DNA from: Nemertoderma westbladi
Lineage: Eukaryota > Animalia > Xenacoelomorpha
Assembly (NCBI GenBank): GCA_032718475.1
Contig: JAUCBJ010004802.1
Span: 1,012 to 65,011, forward strand
Length of the DNA stretch: 64,000 bases
Direction of reading: 5' to 3'
Positions 24,821 to 39,959 of the stretch are shown here, piece after piece. A program made the position numbers and the translations under genes. Every line of letters starts with the position of its first letter. The first letter of the stretch is position 1. The notes beneath the pieces were generated by a model. The model did no database searches. It saw nothing but the letters and a program-made list of their open reading frames with translations, and was not told the DNA's origin.

Positions 24821-26205
24821 AGCCTACAGCCTACAACAGTGCTGATGTAGCCTACAGCAGTGCTGATGTAGCCTACATCAGTGCTGGTGAAGCCTACATC
24901 AGTGCTGATGTAGCCTACATCAGTGCTGATGTAGCCTACATCAGTGCTGATGAAGCCTACAGCAGTGCTGATGTAGCCTACAGCAGTGCTGATGTAGCCT
25001 ACATCAGTGCTGATGTACCCTACAGCAGTGCTGATGAAGCCTACAGCAGTGCTGATGAAGCCTACAGCAGTGCTGATGTAGCCTACATCAGTGCTGATGT
25101 AGCCTACATCAGTGCTGATGTAGCCTACATCAGTGCTGATGTATCCTACATAAGTGCTGATGTAGCCTACATCAGTGCTGATGAAGCCTACAGCAGTGCT
25201 GATGTAGCCTACATCAGTGCTGATGTACCCTACAGCAGTGCTGATGAAGCCTACAGCAGTGCTGATGAAGCCTACAGCAGTGCTGATGTAGCCTACAGCA
25301 GTGCTGATGTAGCCTACATCAGTGCTGATGTACCCTACAGCAGTGCTGATGAAGCCTACAGCAGTGCTGATGAAGCCTACAGCAGTGCTGATGTAGCCTA
25401 CATCAGTGCTGATGTAGCCTACATCAGTGCTGATGTAGCCTACATCAGTGCTGATGTAGCCTACATCAGTGCTGATGTAGCCTACATCAGTGCTGATGTA
25501 TCCTACATAAGTGCTGATGTAGCCTACATCAGTGCTGATGAAGCCTACATCAGTGCTGATGTAGCCTACATCAGTGCTGATAAAGCCTACAGCAGTGCTG
25601 ATGTAGCCTACATCAGTGCTGATGTAGCCTACATCAGTGCTGATGTAGCCTACATCAGTGCTGATGTAGCCTACATCAGTGCTGATGTAGCCTACATCAG
25701 TGCTGATGTAGCCTACATCAGTGCTGATGTATCCTACATCAGTGCTGATGTAGCCTACATCAGTGCTGATGAAGCCTACAGCAGTGCTGATGTAGCCTAC
25801 AGCAGTGCTGATGTAGCCTACAGCAGTGCTGATGTAGCCTACATCAGTGCTGATGTACCCTACAGCAGTGCTGATGAAGCCTACAGCAGTGCTGATGAAG
25901 CCTACAGCAGTGCTGATGTAGCCTACATCAGTGCTGATGTAGCCTACATCAGTGCTGATGTAGCCTACATCAGTGCTGATGTAGCCTACATCAGTGCTGA
26001 TGTATCCTACATAAGTGCTGATGTAGCCTACATCAGTGCTGATGAAGCCTACAGCAGTGCTGATGTAGCCTACATCAGTGCTGATAAAGCCTACAGCAGT
26101 GCTGATGTAGCCTACATCAGTGCTGATGTATCCTACATAAGTGCTGATGTAGCCTCTACAACAGTGCTGAAGTAGCCTACAGCAGTGTTGATGTAGCCTA
26201 CAACA
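24821..26205. repeat. 21-bp minisatellite (cagtgctgatgtagcctacat), ~65 units
   Basis: Direct reading; few variants, essentially no indels. Confidence 0.95.
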
Positions 26206-26226
26206 TGGGTTGAAATGCAAACTAAC

Positions 26227-26886
26227 CATTAACTGACTGATAATCTAAAAGCTCATCATAAATTTCCTCGAGTTTATTTTCAGTTATAAAGCAGCTGTAA
26301 TATCGGGCGTGGGCAATATAGCCTGGGAATGATTTCATAGGAGGTTCATTATTGTTAATACGTTTCCCGAGAAAAAGATTAGCAGTAATATCGACTGCAG
26401 GTCTCTGGGTGTTTGGAGTTTCAAACTCCTTCCTATTGTGATCAGGACTACCAACCCTTCTACTGTAAAGAAATGTTTGTTTATTAGCATAACTCACACC
26501 AACCGAAACCAAATACCATTCATTGATGGTTATGGCGTTAGGAAACGTTTTATCCCCTATAACAGTATTATAAAACGTTATTTGGCGAGAATCAGACCAA
26601 ATCCATAAAATTGTTCCATGGTTTACTACGTCGCCAAACTCAAATATTGGACCAACTCCAGCCGTATTGATAAAGGCCAACATTGTAAAAGACTCCGAGG
26701 TCAACTCATTCGTATCGTGTTCGATTGATATGTATCCATTAGTGAAGTCAATAGCTTGGTCTTCTGTACCTCCTGGACCGGGGCCGTAGCTCAGCGAACC
26801 TATGATGTCCCCATGGAGATTTGATTGTTTATTCCTTCCGCCATCAACTAAGTTTAAGGTCCACCATGAATCGTATTGGCAATCAT
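26227..26886 (-). CDS. Internal exon encoding a LamG/concanavalin A-like lectin domain
   Basis: tttcag acceptor, GTTAGT donor, 660 nt, phase 1-1, open; motifs AIDF..GYISI, SFTMLAFI, W.LVSV, LFLGKR, F.GYIAHARYY...I...L..IY fit a LamG-like jelly roll; paralogous to 37681-38355. Confidence 0.75.
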
Positions 26887-26920
26887 CTGAAAGTAAATAT
26901 GATCTTATAGCGAAGTTGGT

Positions 26921-29900
26921 CATGTACAATTTACACTAAACCCCCAATGTACGTACATACAGTACACTAGACCATCTACGTACAAAGTACACTAAACCCA
27001 CTTATGTACAATATAAAATAAACCCACTCTGTACAATTTACACTAAACCCACTATGTACAATTTACACTAAACCCACAATGTACATAAAGTTCACTAGAC
27101 CCTGTACGTACAAAGTACACTAAATCCACTATGTACAATATACAATAAACCCACTCTGTACAATTTACACTAAACCCACTATGTACAATTTACACTAAAC
27201 CCACAATGTACATACAGTACACTAGAACCTCTACGTACAAAGTACACTAAACCCACTATGTACAATATACAATAAACCCACTACGTACAATGTACACTAA
27301 ACCAACTATGTACAATTTACACTAAACCCACTATGTACAATTTACACTAAACCCACAATGTACATACACCATACACTAAACCCACTACGTACAATGTACA
27401 ATAAACCCACTACGTACAATGTACAAAAAACGCACTACGTAGAATGTACACTAAACCCACAATGTACATACACCATACACTAAACCCACTACGTACAATG
27501 TACAATAAACCCACTACGTACAATGTACACTAAACCCACTATGTACAATTTACACTAAACCCACTATGTACAATTTACACTAAACCCACTATGTACAATT
27601 TACACTAAACCCACAATGTACATACAACATACACTAAAGCCACTACGTGCAATGTAAAATAAACCCACTACGAACAATGTACAATAAACCCACTACGTAC
27701 AATGTACAATAATCCCACTACGTGCAATATACAATACACCCACAATGTACATACACTATACACAAACCCACTATGTACAATTTACACTAAACCCACAATG
27801 TACATACAGTACACTAGACCCTCTACGTACAAAGTACACTAAACCCACTATGTACAATATACAATAAACCCACTACGTACAATGTACACTAAACCCACTA
27901 TGTACAATTTACACTAAACCCACTATGTACAATTTACACTAAACCCACTATGTACAATTTAAACTAAACCCACAATGTACATACACCATACACTAAACAA
28001 TGTACAATGTACAATAAACCCACTACGTTCAATGTACAAAAAACGCACTACGTAGAATGTACACTAAACCCACAATGTACATACACAATACACTAAACCC
28101 ACTACGTACAATGTACAATAAACCCACTACGTACAATGTACACTAAACCCACTATGTACAATTTACACTAAACCCACTATGTACAATTTACACAAAACCC
28201 ACTATGTACAATTTACACTAAACCCACAATGTACATACACCATACACTAAAGCCACTACGTACAATGTAAAATAAACCCACTACGAACAATACAATAAAC
28301 CCACTACGTACAATGTACAATAATCCCACTACGTACAATATACAATACACCCACAATGTACATACACTATACACAAACCCACTATGTACAATTTACACTA
28401 AACCCACAATGTACATACAGTACACTAGACCCTCTACGTACAAAGTACACTAAACCCACTATGTACAATATACAATAAACCCACTACGTACAATGTACAC
28501 TAAACCCACTATGTACAATTTACACTAAACCCACTATGTACAATTTACACTAAACCCACAATGTACAATGTACAATAAACCCACAATGTACATACACCAT
28601 ACACTAAACCCACTACGTACAATGTACAATAAGCCCACAATGTACAATGTACAATAAACCCACTACGTACAATGTACACTAAACCCACTACGTACAATGT
28701 ACAATAAACCCACAATGTACATACACCATACACTAAAAACCCACTGCGTACAATGTACAATAAACCCACTCGTACAATGTACAATGTACAATAAACCCAC
28801 AATGTACAATGTACAATAAACCCACTACGTACAATGTACAATAAACCCACAATGTACATACACCATACACTAAACCCACTACGTACAATGTACAATAAGC
28901 CCACAATGTACAATGTACAATAAACCCACTACGTACAATGTACACTAAACCCACTACGTACAATGTACAATAAACCCACAATGTACATACACCATACACT
29001 AAAAACCCACTGCGTACAATGTACAATAAACCCACTCGTACAATGTACAATGTACAATAGACCCACAATGTACAATGTACACTAAACCCATAATGTACAT
29101 ACTCTATACACAAACCCACTACGTACAATGTTGTGACGGGATCAAGGGATCCCGACCGGTTGATTTGCGTTACGCGTCACCGTGGAATTAGAAAGGTAAT
29201 AGTTTGCTGTTGTCGTTCTGATGTTGTTGATATAGATTGATATATATAATGTACGTGATAGCACAGTTGACAGTGAGAATGAGAGTTGATAATATATGTT
29301 ATACCGGTATGGCGGTGACGGTACGAAAGTGTCACCGAACTGCCCTAGATGACTGAGATGACTGAATGAATAACACAACTGACTGATAATATATATTCAC
29401 CCTACGCTATTCTGGCCTTGCTACTTAGCGGATGCTCTCTTCCCTGTCCCTGATTGGTTGATATACTAATTCTCGGCTCCCACCTCTGTGGGAGTGCTCC
29501 CCCCCCCCCCCCCCCCCCCCGCTGCTGTTACTTTCCCTCTCCCAAGAGGTTTGACCTATAACCTATTTTGTGTGGCTCTTTGGGGCAGTGTGTTGTCCCC
29601 GTTATTGGGGGTGATACGAGGTTGATTGTAATCAATCTCGTACTCCCCAATATTGCTTAAAGGCGCCACTTCCCAACTTTATGGGGGTTATGTGAGGCGG
29701 AATTGAATCCGCTCACAAATGTACACTAAACCCACAATGTACATACACCATACACTAAAAACCCACTACGTACAATGTACAATAAACCCACAATGTACAA
29801 TGTACAATAAACCCACTACGTACAATGTACACTAAACCCACAATGTACATACACTATACACAAACCCACTACGTACAATGTACAATAAACCCACTCGTAC

Positions 29901-32900
29901 AATGTACAATAAACCCACTCGTATAATGTACAATAGACCCACCACGTACAATGTACAATAAACCCAATACATACATTATACACAAACCCACTACGTACAA
30001 TGTACGATAAACCCACTACGTACAAAGTACAATAGACCCACCACGTACAATGTACGATAAACCCACTACGTACAATGTACAATAAACCCACTACGTACAA
30101 TGTACACTAAACCCACTATGTACAATTTACACTAAACCCACTATGTACAATTTACACTAAACCCACAATGTACATACACTATACACAAACGCACTACGTA
30201 CAATGTAAAATAAACCCACAATGTACATACACCATACACTAAAAACCCACTGCGTACAATGTACAATAAACCCACTCGTACAATGTACAATGTACAATAA
30301 ACCCACTGCGTAACAATGTACAATAAACCCAATACGTACAATGTACAATAAACCCACTACGTAACAATGTACAATAAACCCACCACGTACAATGTACAAT
30401 AAACCCACTACGTAACAATGTACAATAAACCCACCACGTACAATGAACAATAAACCCACTACGTAACAATGTACAATAAACCCTCTCGTACAATGTACAA
30501 TAAACCCACCACGTACAATGTACAATAAACCCACTCGTACAATGTACAATAAACCCATTACGTACAATGTACAATAAACCCACTACGTACAATGTACAAT
30601 AAACCCACAACGTACAATGTACAATAAACCCACTACGTAACAATGTACAATAAACCCACCACGTACAATGTACAATAAACCCACTACGTAACAATGTACA
30701 ATAAACCCACTGCGTAACAATGTACAATAAACCCAATACGTACAATGTACAATAACCCCACACGTACAATGTACGATAAACCCACTACGTAACAATGACC
30801 AATAAACCCACCACGTACAATGTACAATAAACCCACTACGTACAATGTACAATAAACCCAATACGTACAATGTACAATAACCCCACACGTACAATGTACA
30901 ATAAACCCACTACGTAACAATGTACAATAAACCCACTACGTACAATGTACAATAAACCCAATACGTACAATGTACAATAACCCCACACGTACAATGTACA
31001 ATAAACCCACGACGTACAATGTACAATAAACCCACTACGTACAATGTACAATAAACCCACTACGTACAATGTACAATAAACCCAATACGTACAATGTACA
31101 ATAACCCCACACGTACAATGTACAATAAACCCACTACGTAACAATGTACAATAAACCCACAACGTACAATTTACAATAAACCCACTACGTAACAATGTAC
31201 AATAACCCCACTACGTACAATGTACAATAAACCCACAATGTACATACACCATACACTAAACCCACTACGTAACAATGTACAATAAACCCACTACGTACAA
31301 TGTACAATAAACCCACTACGTACAATGTACAATAATCCCACTCGTACAATGTACAATAAACCCACTACCTACAATGTACAATAAACCCACTGCGTAACAA
31401 TGTACAATAATCCCAATACGTACAATGTACAATAAACCCACTACGTAACAATGTACAATAAACCCACTACGTAACAATGTACAATAAACCCACTGCGTAA
31501 CAATGTACAATAAACCCAATACGTACAATGTACAATAAACCCACTACGTAACAATGTACAATAAACCCACTACGTAACAATGTACAATAAACCCACTACG
31601 TAACAATGTACAATAAACCCACAACGTACAATGTACAATAAACCCACTACGTAACAATGTACAATAAACCCACTACGTACAATGTACAATAAACCCACTA
31701 CGTAACAATGTACAATAAACCCACTGCGTAACAATGTACAATAAACCCAATACGTACAATGTACAATAAACCCACTACGTAACAATGTACAATAAACCCA
31801 CTACGTAACAATGTACAATAAACCCACTACGTACAATGTACAATAAACCCGCTACCTACAATGTACAATAAACCCACCACGTACAATGTACAATAAACCC
31901 ACTACGTAACAATGTACAATAAACCCACCACGTACAATGTACAATAAACCCACTACGTAACAATGTACAATAAACCCACTGCGTAACAATGTACAATAAA
32001 CCCACAACGTAACAATGTACAATAAACCCACTACGTAACAATGTACAATAAACCCACAACGTAACAATGTACAATAAACCCACTACGTAACAATGTACAA
32101 TAAACCCACAACGTACAATGTACAATAAACCCACTACGTAACAATGTACAATAAACCCACTACGTACAATGTACAATAAACCCACTACGTACAATGTACA
32201 ATAAACCCACTACGTAACAATGTACAATAAACCCACTACGTACAATGTACAATAAACCCAATACGTACAATGTACAATAACCCCACACGTACAATGTACA
32301 ATAAACCCACCACGTACAATGTACAATAAACCCACTAAGTACAATGTACAATAAACCCACTACGTACAATGTACAATAAACCCAATACGTACAATGTACA
32401 ATAACCCCACACGTACAATGTACAATAAACCCACTACGTAACAATGTACAATAAACCCACAACGTACAATGTACAATAAACCCACTACGTAACAATGTAC
32501 AATAAACCCACTACGTACAATGTACAATAAACCCACCACGTACAATGTACAATAATCCCACTCGTACAATGTACAATAAACCCACTACCTACAATGTACA
32601 ATAAACCCACTACCTACAATGTACAATAAACCCACCACGTACAATGTACAATAAACCCACTACGTAACAATGTACAATAAACCCACTGCGTAACAATGTA
32701 CAATAAACCCACTCGTACAATGTACAATAAACCCACTACCTACAATGTACAATAAACCCACTACCTACAATGTACAATAAACCCACCACGTACAATGTAC
32801 AATAAACCCACTTCGTACAATGTACAATAATCCCACTCGTACAATGTACAATAAACCCACTACCTACAATGTACAATAAACCCACTACCTACAATGTACA

Positions 32901-35900
32901 ATAAACCCACCACGTACAATGTACAATAAACCCACTACGTACAATGTACAATAATCCCACTCGTACAATGTACAATAAACCCACTACCTACAATGTACAA
33001 TAAACCCACTACCTACAATGTACAATAAACCCACCACGTACAATGTACAATAAACCCACTACGTAACAATGTACAATAAACCCACTACGTACAATGAACA
33101 ATAAACCCACCACGTACAATGTACAATAATCCCACTCGTACAATGTACAATAAACCCACTACCTACAATGTACAATAAACCCACTACCTACAATGTACAA
33201 TAAACCCACTACGTAACAATGTACAATAAACCCACTACCTACAATGTACAATAATCCCACTCGTACAATGTACAATAAACCCACTACCTACAATGTACAA
33301 TAAACCCACTACCTACAATGTACAATAAACCCACTACGTAACAATGTACAATAAACCCACTACCTACAATGTACAATAAACCCACTACGTAACAATGTAC
33401 AATAAACCCACTACGTACAATGAACAATAAACCCACCACGTACAATGTACAATAATCCCACTCGTACAATGTACAATAAACCCACTACCTACAATGTACA
33501 ATAAACCCACTACCTACAATGTACAATAAACCCACTACGTAACAATGTACAATAAACCCACTACCTACAATGTACAATAAACCCACCACGTACAATGTAC
33601 AATAAACCCACTACGTAACAATGTACAATAAACCCACTACGTACAATGTACAATAAACCCACTACGTACAATGTACAATAAACCCACTCGTACAATGTAC
33701 AATAAACCCACAATGTACAATGTACAATAAACCCACTACCTACAATGTACAATAAACCCACTACCTACAATGTACAATAAACCCACTACCTACAATGTAC
33801 AATAAACCCACCATGTACAATGTACAATAAACCCACTACGTAACAATGTACAATAAACCCACCACGTACAATGTACAATAAACCCACTACGTAACAATGT
33901 ACAATAAACCCACTACGTACAATGTACAATAACCCCACACGTACAATGTACAATAAACCCACCACGTACAATGTACAATAAACCCACTAAGTACAATGTA
34001 CAATAAACCCACTACGTACAATGTACAATAAACCCAATACGTACAATGTACAATAACCCCACACGTACAATGTACAATAAACCCACTACGTAACAATGTA
34101 CAATAAACCCACAACGTACAATGTACAATAAACCCACTACGTAACAATGTACAATAAACCCACTACGTACAATGTACAATAAACCCACCACGTACAATGT
34201 ACAATAATCCCACTCGTACAATGTACAATAAACCCACTACCTACAATGTACAATAAACCCACTACCTACAATGTACAATAAACCCACCACGTACAATGTA
34301 CAATAAACCCACTACGTAACAATGTACAATAAACCCACTGCGTAACAATGTACAATAAACCCACTCGTACAATGTACAATAAACCCACTACCTACAATGT
34401 ACAATAAACCCACTACCTACAATGTACAATAAACCCACCACGTACAATGTACAATAAACCCACTTCGTACAATGTACAATAATCCCACTCGTACAATGTA
34501 CAATAAACCCACTACCTACAATGTACAATAAACCCACTACCTACAATGTACAATAAACCCACCACGTACAATGTACAATAAACCCACTACGTACAATGTA
34601 CAATAATCCCACTCGTACAATGTACAATAAACCCACTACCTACAATGTACAATAAACCCACTACCTACAATGTACAATAAACCCACCACGTACAATGTAC
34701 AATAAACCCACTACGTAACAATGTACAATAAACCCACTACGTACAATGAACAATAAACCCACCACGTACAATGTACAATAATCCCACTCGTACAATGTAC
34801 AATAAACCCACTACCTACAATGTACAATAAACCCACTACCTACAATGTACAATAAACCCACTACGTAACAATGTACAATAAACCCACTACCTACAATGTA
34901 CAATAATCCCACTCGTACAATGTACAATAAACCCACTACCTACAATGTACAATAAACCCACTACCTACAATGTACAATAAACCCACTACGTAACAATGTA
35001 CAATAAACCCACTACCTACAATGTACAATAAACCCACTACGTAACAATGTACAATAAACCCACTACGTACAATGAACAATAAACCCACCACGTACAATGT
35101 ACAATAATCCCACTCGTACAATGTACAATAAACCCACAATGTACATACACTATACACAAACCCACTACGTACAATGAACAATAAACCCACCACGTACAAT
35201 GTACAATAATCCCACTCGTACAATGTACAATAAACCCACTACCTACAATGTACAATAAACCCACTACCTACAATGTACAATAAACCCACTACGTAACAAT
35301 GTACAATAAACCCACTACCTACAATGTACAATAATCCCACTCGTACAATGTACAATAAACCCACTACCTACAATGTACAATAAACCCACTACCTACAATG
35401 TACAATAAACCCACTACGTAACAATGTACAATAAACCCACCACGTACAATGTACAATAAACCCACTACGTAACAATGTACAATAAACCCACTACGTACAA
35501 TGAACAATAAACCCACCACGTACAATGTACAATAATCCCACTCGTACAATGTACAATAAACCCACTACCTACAATGTACAATAAACCCACTACCTACAAT
35601 GTACAATAAACCCACTACGTAACAATGTACAATAAACCCACTACCTACAATGTACAATAATCCCACTCGTACAATGTACAATAAACCCACTACCTACAAT
35701 GTACAATAAACCCACTACGTACAATGTACAATAAACCCACTACCTACAATGTACAATAAACCCACTACCTACAATGTACAATAAACCCACTACGTAACAA
35801 TGTACAATAAACCCACTACCTACAATGTACAATAATCCCACTCGTACAATGTACAATAAACCCACTACCTACAATGTACAATAAACCCACTACGTACAAT

Positions 35901-37505
35901 GTACAATAAACCCACTACCTACAATGTACAATAAACCCACTACCTACAATGTACAATAAACCCACTACGTAACAATGTACAATAAACCCACTACCTACAA
36001 TGTACAATAATCCCACTCGTACAATGTACAATAAACCCACTACGTAACAATGTACAATAAACCCACTACGTACAATGAACAATAAACCCACCACGTACAA
36101 TGTACAATAATCCCACTCGTACAATGTACAATAAACCCACTACCTACAATGTACAATAAACCCACTACCTACAATGTACAATAAACCCACTACGTAACAA
36201 TGTACAATAAACCCACTACCTACAATGTACAATAATCCCACTCGTACAATGTACAATAAACCCACTACCTACAATGTACAATAAACCCACTACCTACAAT
36301 GTACAATAAACCCACTACGTAACAATGTACAATAAACCCACTACCTACAATGTACAATAAACCCACCACGTACAATGTACAATAAACCCACTACGTAACA
36401 ATGTACAATAAACCCACTACGTACAATGTACAATAAACCCACTACGTACAATGTACAATAAACCCACTCGTACAATGTACAATAAACCCACAATGTACAA
36501 TGTACAATAAACCCACTACCTACAATGTACAATAAACCCACTACCTACAATGTACAATAAACCCACTACCTACAATGTACAATAAACCCACCACGTACAA
36601 TGTACAATAAACCCACTACGTAACAATGTACAATAAACCCACCACGTACAATGTACAATAAACCCACTACGTAACAATGTACAATAAACCCACTACGTAC
36701 AATGAACAATAAACCCACCACGTACAATGTACAATAAACCCACTACGTAACAATGTACAATAAACCCACTACGTACAATGAACAATAAACCCACCACGTA
36801 CAATGTACAATAAACCCACTACGTAACAATGTACAATAAACCCACTACGTACAATGAACAATAAACCCACTACGTACAATGTACAATAAACCCACCACGT
36901 ACAATGTACAATAATCCCACTCGTACAATGTACAATAAACCCACTACCTACAATGTACAATAAACCCACTACCTACAATGTACAATAAACCCACCACGTA
37001 CAATGTACAATAAACCCACTACGTAACAATGTACAATAAACCCACTACGTACAATGAACAATAAACCCACCACGTACAATGTACAATAAACCCACTACGT
37101 ACAATGAACAATAAACCCACCACGTACAATGTACAATAAACCCACTACGTAACAATGTACAATAAACCCACTACGTACAATGAACAATAAACCCACTACG
37201 TACAATGTACAATAAACCCACCACGTACAATGTACAATAATCCCACTCGTACAATGTACAATAAACCCACTACCTACAATGTACAATAAACCCACTACCT
37301 ACAATGTACAATAAACCCACTACGTAACAATGTACAATAAACCCACTCGTACAATGTACAATAAACCCACTACGTACAATGTACAATTAACCCCACAATG
37401 TACATACACCATACACTAAAAATCCACTACGTACAATGTACAATAAACCCACTACGTACAATGTACAATAAATCCCACAAAGTACATGTACAATGTAAAA
37501 TAAAC
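26921..37505. repeat. 25-bp satellite (acaatgtacaataaacccactacgt; 24-26 bp variants), ~10.6 kb, intronic
   Basis: Direct reading; higher-order blocks visible (identical ORF translations at offsets 1652, 2780 and 326 bp). Confidence 0.95.
29132..29717 (-). mobile_element. Solo LTR (586 bp) inserted in the 25-bp satellite
   Basis: TGTGA...TCACA ends, 5-bp TSD AATGT (29127-29131, 29718-29722); CCAAT then TATA-like motifs on the minus strand suggest orientation. Confidence 0.8.
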
Positions 37506-37680
37506 CTCAATAAAAGTATGTAATGTTATGGTTTTTTTTAAACCATACTATACAATAATATAATCAGTTTAATGGGGAATTGTAACTTAACCTGGACACA
37601 ATTACAGTGTACATTATTTAAATATTTTTATGTTTTTCAAGGCCAATTCCAATTGATGTCAAAGAAAATTATAAACATAC

Positions 37681-38355
37681 CGGAATTCATACAAGTTGGT
37701 GTAGATGATAACATTTCAACAATGATAGCATCTAGTTGTATTTCAGATAAGTAACAATTGTAGTATCGTGCATTGGAAATGAACCCATGGAATGTTCTGA
37801 TATGGTCAGCTGTTATACGCTTTCCTAGATTCAGATCCAATTCGCGATCACACAGACATCTTTGTGTGTTGGGAGTATCAAATACAATCTTCTGGTTATC
37901 ACAACTGCCAACTCGTCTAGCATATAGGAATGTCTTCTTATCATCAGCACTCACACCGATAGCGACGATATTCCAGTTGTTTAGGGTAACCGAGTCTGCG
38001 CTATTCAGCGTACCAATCCCTGCGACTACTGGGTTATAGTATAAGGTAGTCGCCTCTAAGTAGATCCATAAATGCGACCCCATAGTTGTTAAACTCGAGA
38101 AGTCAAATATTGGTCCTAGTATTTGACTCGTCTTAATAAATGCCAACATTGTAAATGTTTCCGATGTTAATTGGTCTGGTTCGTGTGGGATAGATATGTA
38201 ACCATGGTTGAAGTCTACAGCAGTGTCCTCTAAGCCGCAAGGCCCTGGCACATTACTTAAGATGCCATTTTCAACGCCATCATGGGTTCCTTCTTTATCT
38301 TGACTTCCAGTTACAATGTCTAACACCCACCATGATTTATCTATATTACATCGGT
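37681..38355 (-). CDS. Internal exon encoding a LamG/concanavalin A-like lectin domain
   Basis: tttcag acceptor (AG at 38357-38356), GTATGT donor, 675 nt, phase 1-1, open; clearly homologous to 26227-26886 and splices to it in frame. Confidence 0.75.
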
Positions 38356-38758
38356 CTGAAAGGGCAATATAGTATTATAAATATATTATTTATTATTACA
38401 AACATATTAACGCATTGATATGCAGTGTGTCGTATCTAATAGGGGCTATTTGATACGATTTCTCTTTTGAATAACTCTCTTAGTTATAAACAAAAATACG
38501 ATTACCAAGCATTACTGAATGAAAGCCAGTAAATAGCAGACGTAGCTTTGCATTAGCGATTTATTTGTTATAATTAAATTTACGCGATATGAAACAATTA
38601 ACTTTTAAATTTTTTAAATAAATTTTTCTTTGTTTTGTTTTTTTATGCAGCAGATTTTAAACTGTAAAGTAACAGAGTAAATAATTCATTTACAGCCAAT
38701 TAGCAGGACAGGGCATTGCTTTCGCCGTGAGGACCAGTGTACAATCTTATGCTTTGGC

Positions 38759-38912
38759 GGTTACATCGCGTTTCGGCAACTGTCGCGATTCGGCAAAAAA
38801 GTCGCGTTTCGGCAAAAAAGATGCGTTTCGGCAAAAAAAGTCGCGATTCTACAAAAAGTCGCGATTCGGCAAAAAATGTTGCGTTTCGGCAAAAAGTAGC
38901 GTTTCGGCAACT
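38759..38912. repeat. MITE-like end with cgcgtttcggcaaaaaa sub-repeats, preceded by a short RTE fragment (~38703-38758)
   Basis: Starts GG; about seven units; preceding tttcgccgtgaggaccag...aatctt.tgctttggc matches 41192-41234. Confidence 0.5.
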
Positions 38913-39153
38913 TAAGCCAACCCACTCCCAATCTTATAGCCAACCCTATCCCAATCTTATAGCTCAATCTTCTAAGTCCCAATCTTATAAATCAAATTCG
39001 CGGCAAATTTAATTTAAATTTATTTGAATTTGGAAACCATCCAGCAGAATTCTGTTGTAGTAAAAGGTATATGTTTGTTTATTTACTTTATTAATTAATT
39101 ATCTGATATGAATATTTATTTCTTTCTTTAATCGCAGATCGTCATCTGCGTTT

Positions 39154-39843
39154 ATGGCCGTCGTAAACGAGAATGGCGGAACCAACGCAGAAATCGGGGC
39201 GTTGCTCACGGAAAATGGCGTTACTTCGGCGGCGGAAACGGGAATATTGCTGCATCCTGAACTCCTGGAACTAATGCGAGAAAGGCAGAAGGAATGGCGA
39301 GAGAAAGCGAATCAACAACGCAGATCAGTCAGGAAATACTACAAAGCGCAGGACGATGCTATCGATACGTTCACTAGAACAACTCTCGTAGACTTCGCGG
39401 CACATCAGAAACATTTACCCAACAACCGGACCGTGGAACTCGCATCCAAGATATCCTTCTTCATGAATCTGCTGCTCGTTATACTGAAACTCGTTGCATC
39501 GGTGTGGAGCGGATCGCTCGCGATTATATCCAGCGTGGTGGACAGCGCGGTTGATTTGACTTCCGGTGTGGTTATTTGGTACACCAGTCGCACTGTAAGG
39601 CACCGCAATATATATTCCTACCCACAGGGTCGCACCAGACTGGAACCAGTAGCTGTTGTTGTTATATCCGTTATCATGGCTTTGGCTTGCGTTCAGGTGG
39701 TGGTGGAATCAGTTCAAGTAATAGTTTACGATACCGCTGACCCCCTTATTGACGCGGTTTCTATTCCACTGATTGGTGTTACCGTTCTTGTTAAATTTTC
39801 CCTTTTTCTCTACTGCCGATCTATTGACTCCTTAGCTACTCAG
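39154..39843 (+). CDS. Mn-type cation diffusion facilitator (metal tolerance protein MTP8-11-like), coding exon 1
   Basis: VRKYYKAQD, SGSLAIISSVVDSAVDL (DxxxD), YPQGRTRLEP; donor CAG|GTTAGG at 39844, phase 0; probable 5'-UTR intron 39067-39137. Confidence 0.9.
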
Positions 39844-39959
39844 GTTAGGGATTCTGTGTTTTATGTATTTCCTAAGTTATTAGATCTTACTTTGTTTGTG
39901 GAAGACAATTTAATTGCTTGTAGCACTAGTTCTAGTTCATACCTCTTTACTTTATAGAA

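Noticed and set aside
29701-29720. lac operator-like sequence (minus strand ATTTGTGAGCGGATTCAATT)
   Set aside because: Imperfect, coincides with the solo-LTR end and TSD, no vector sequence nearby; chance resemblance.
28545-37295. Many minus-strand ORFs (YVVGLLYIV/GFIVHC repeats)
   Set aside because: Translations of a 24-26-bp satellite with constant frame changes.
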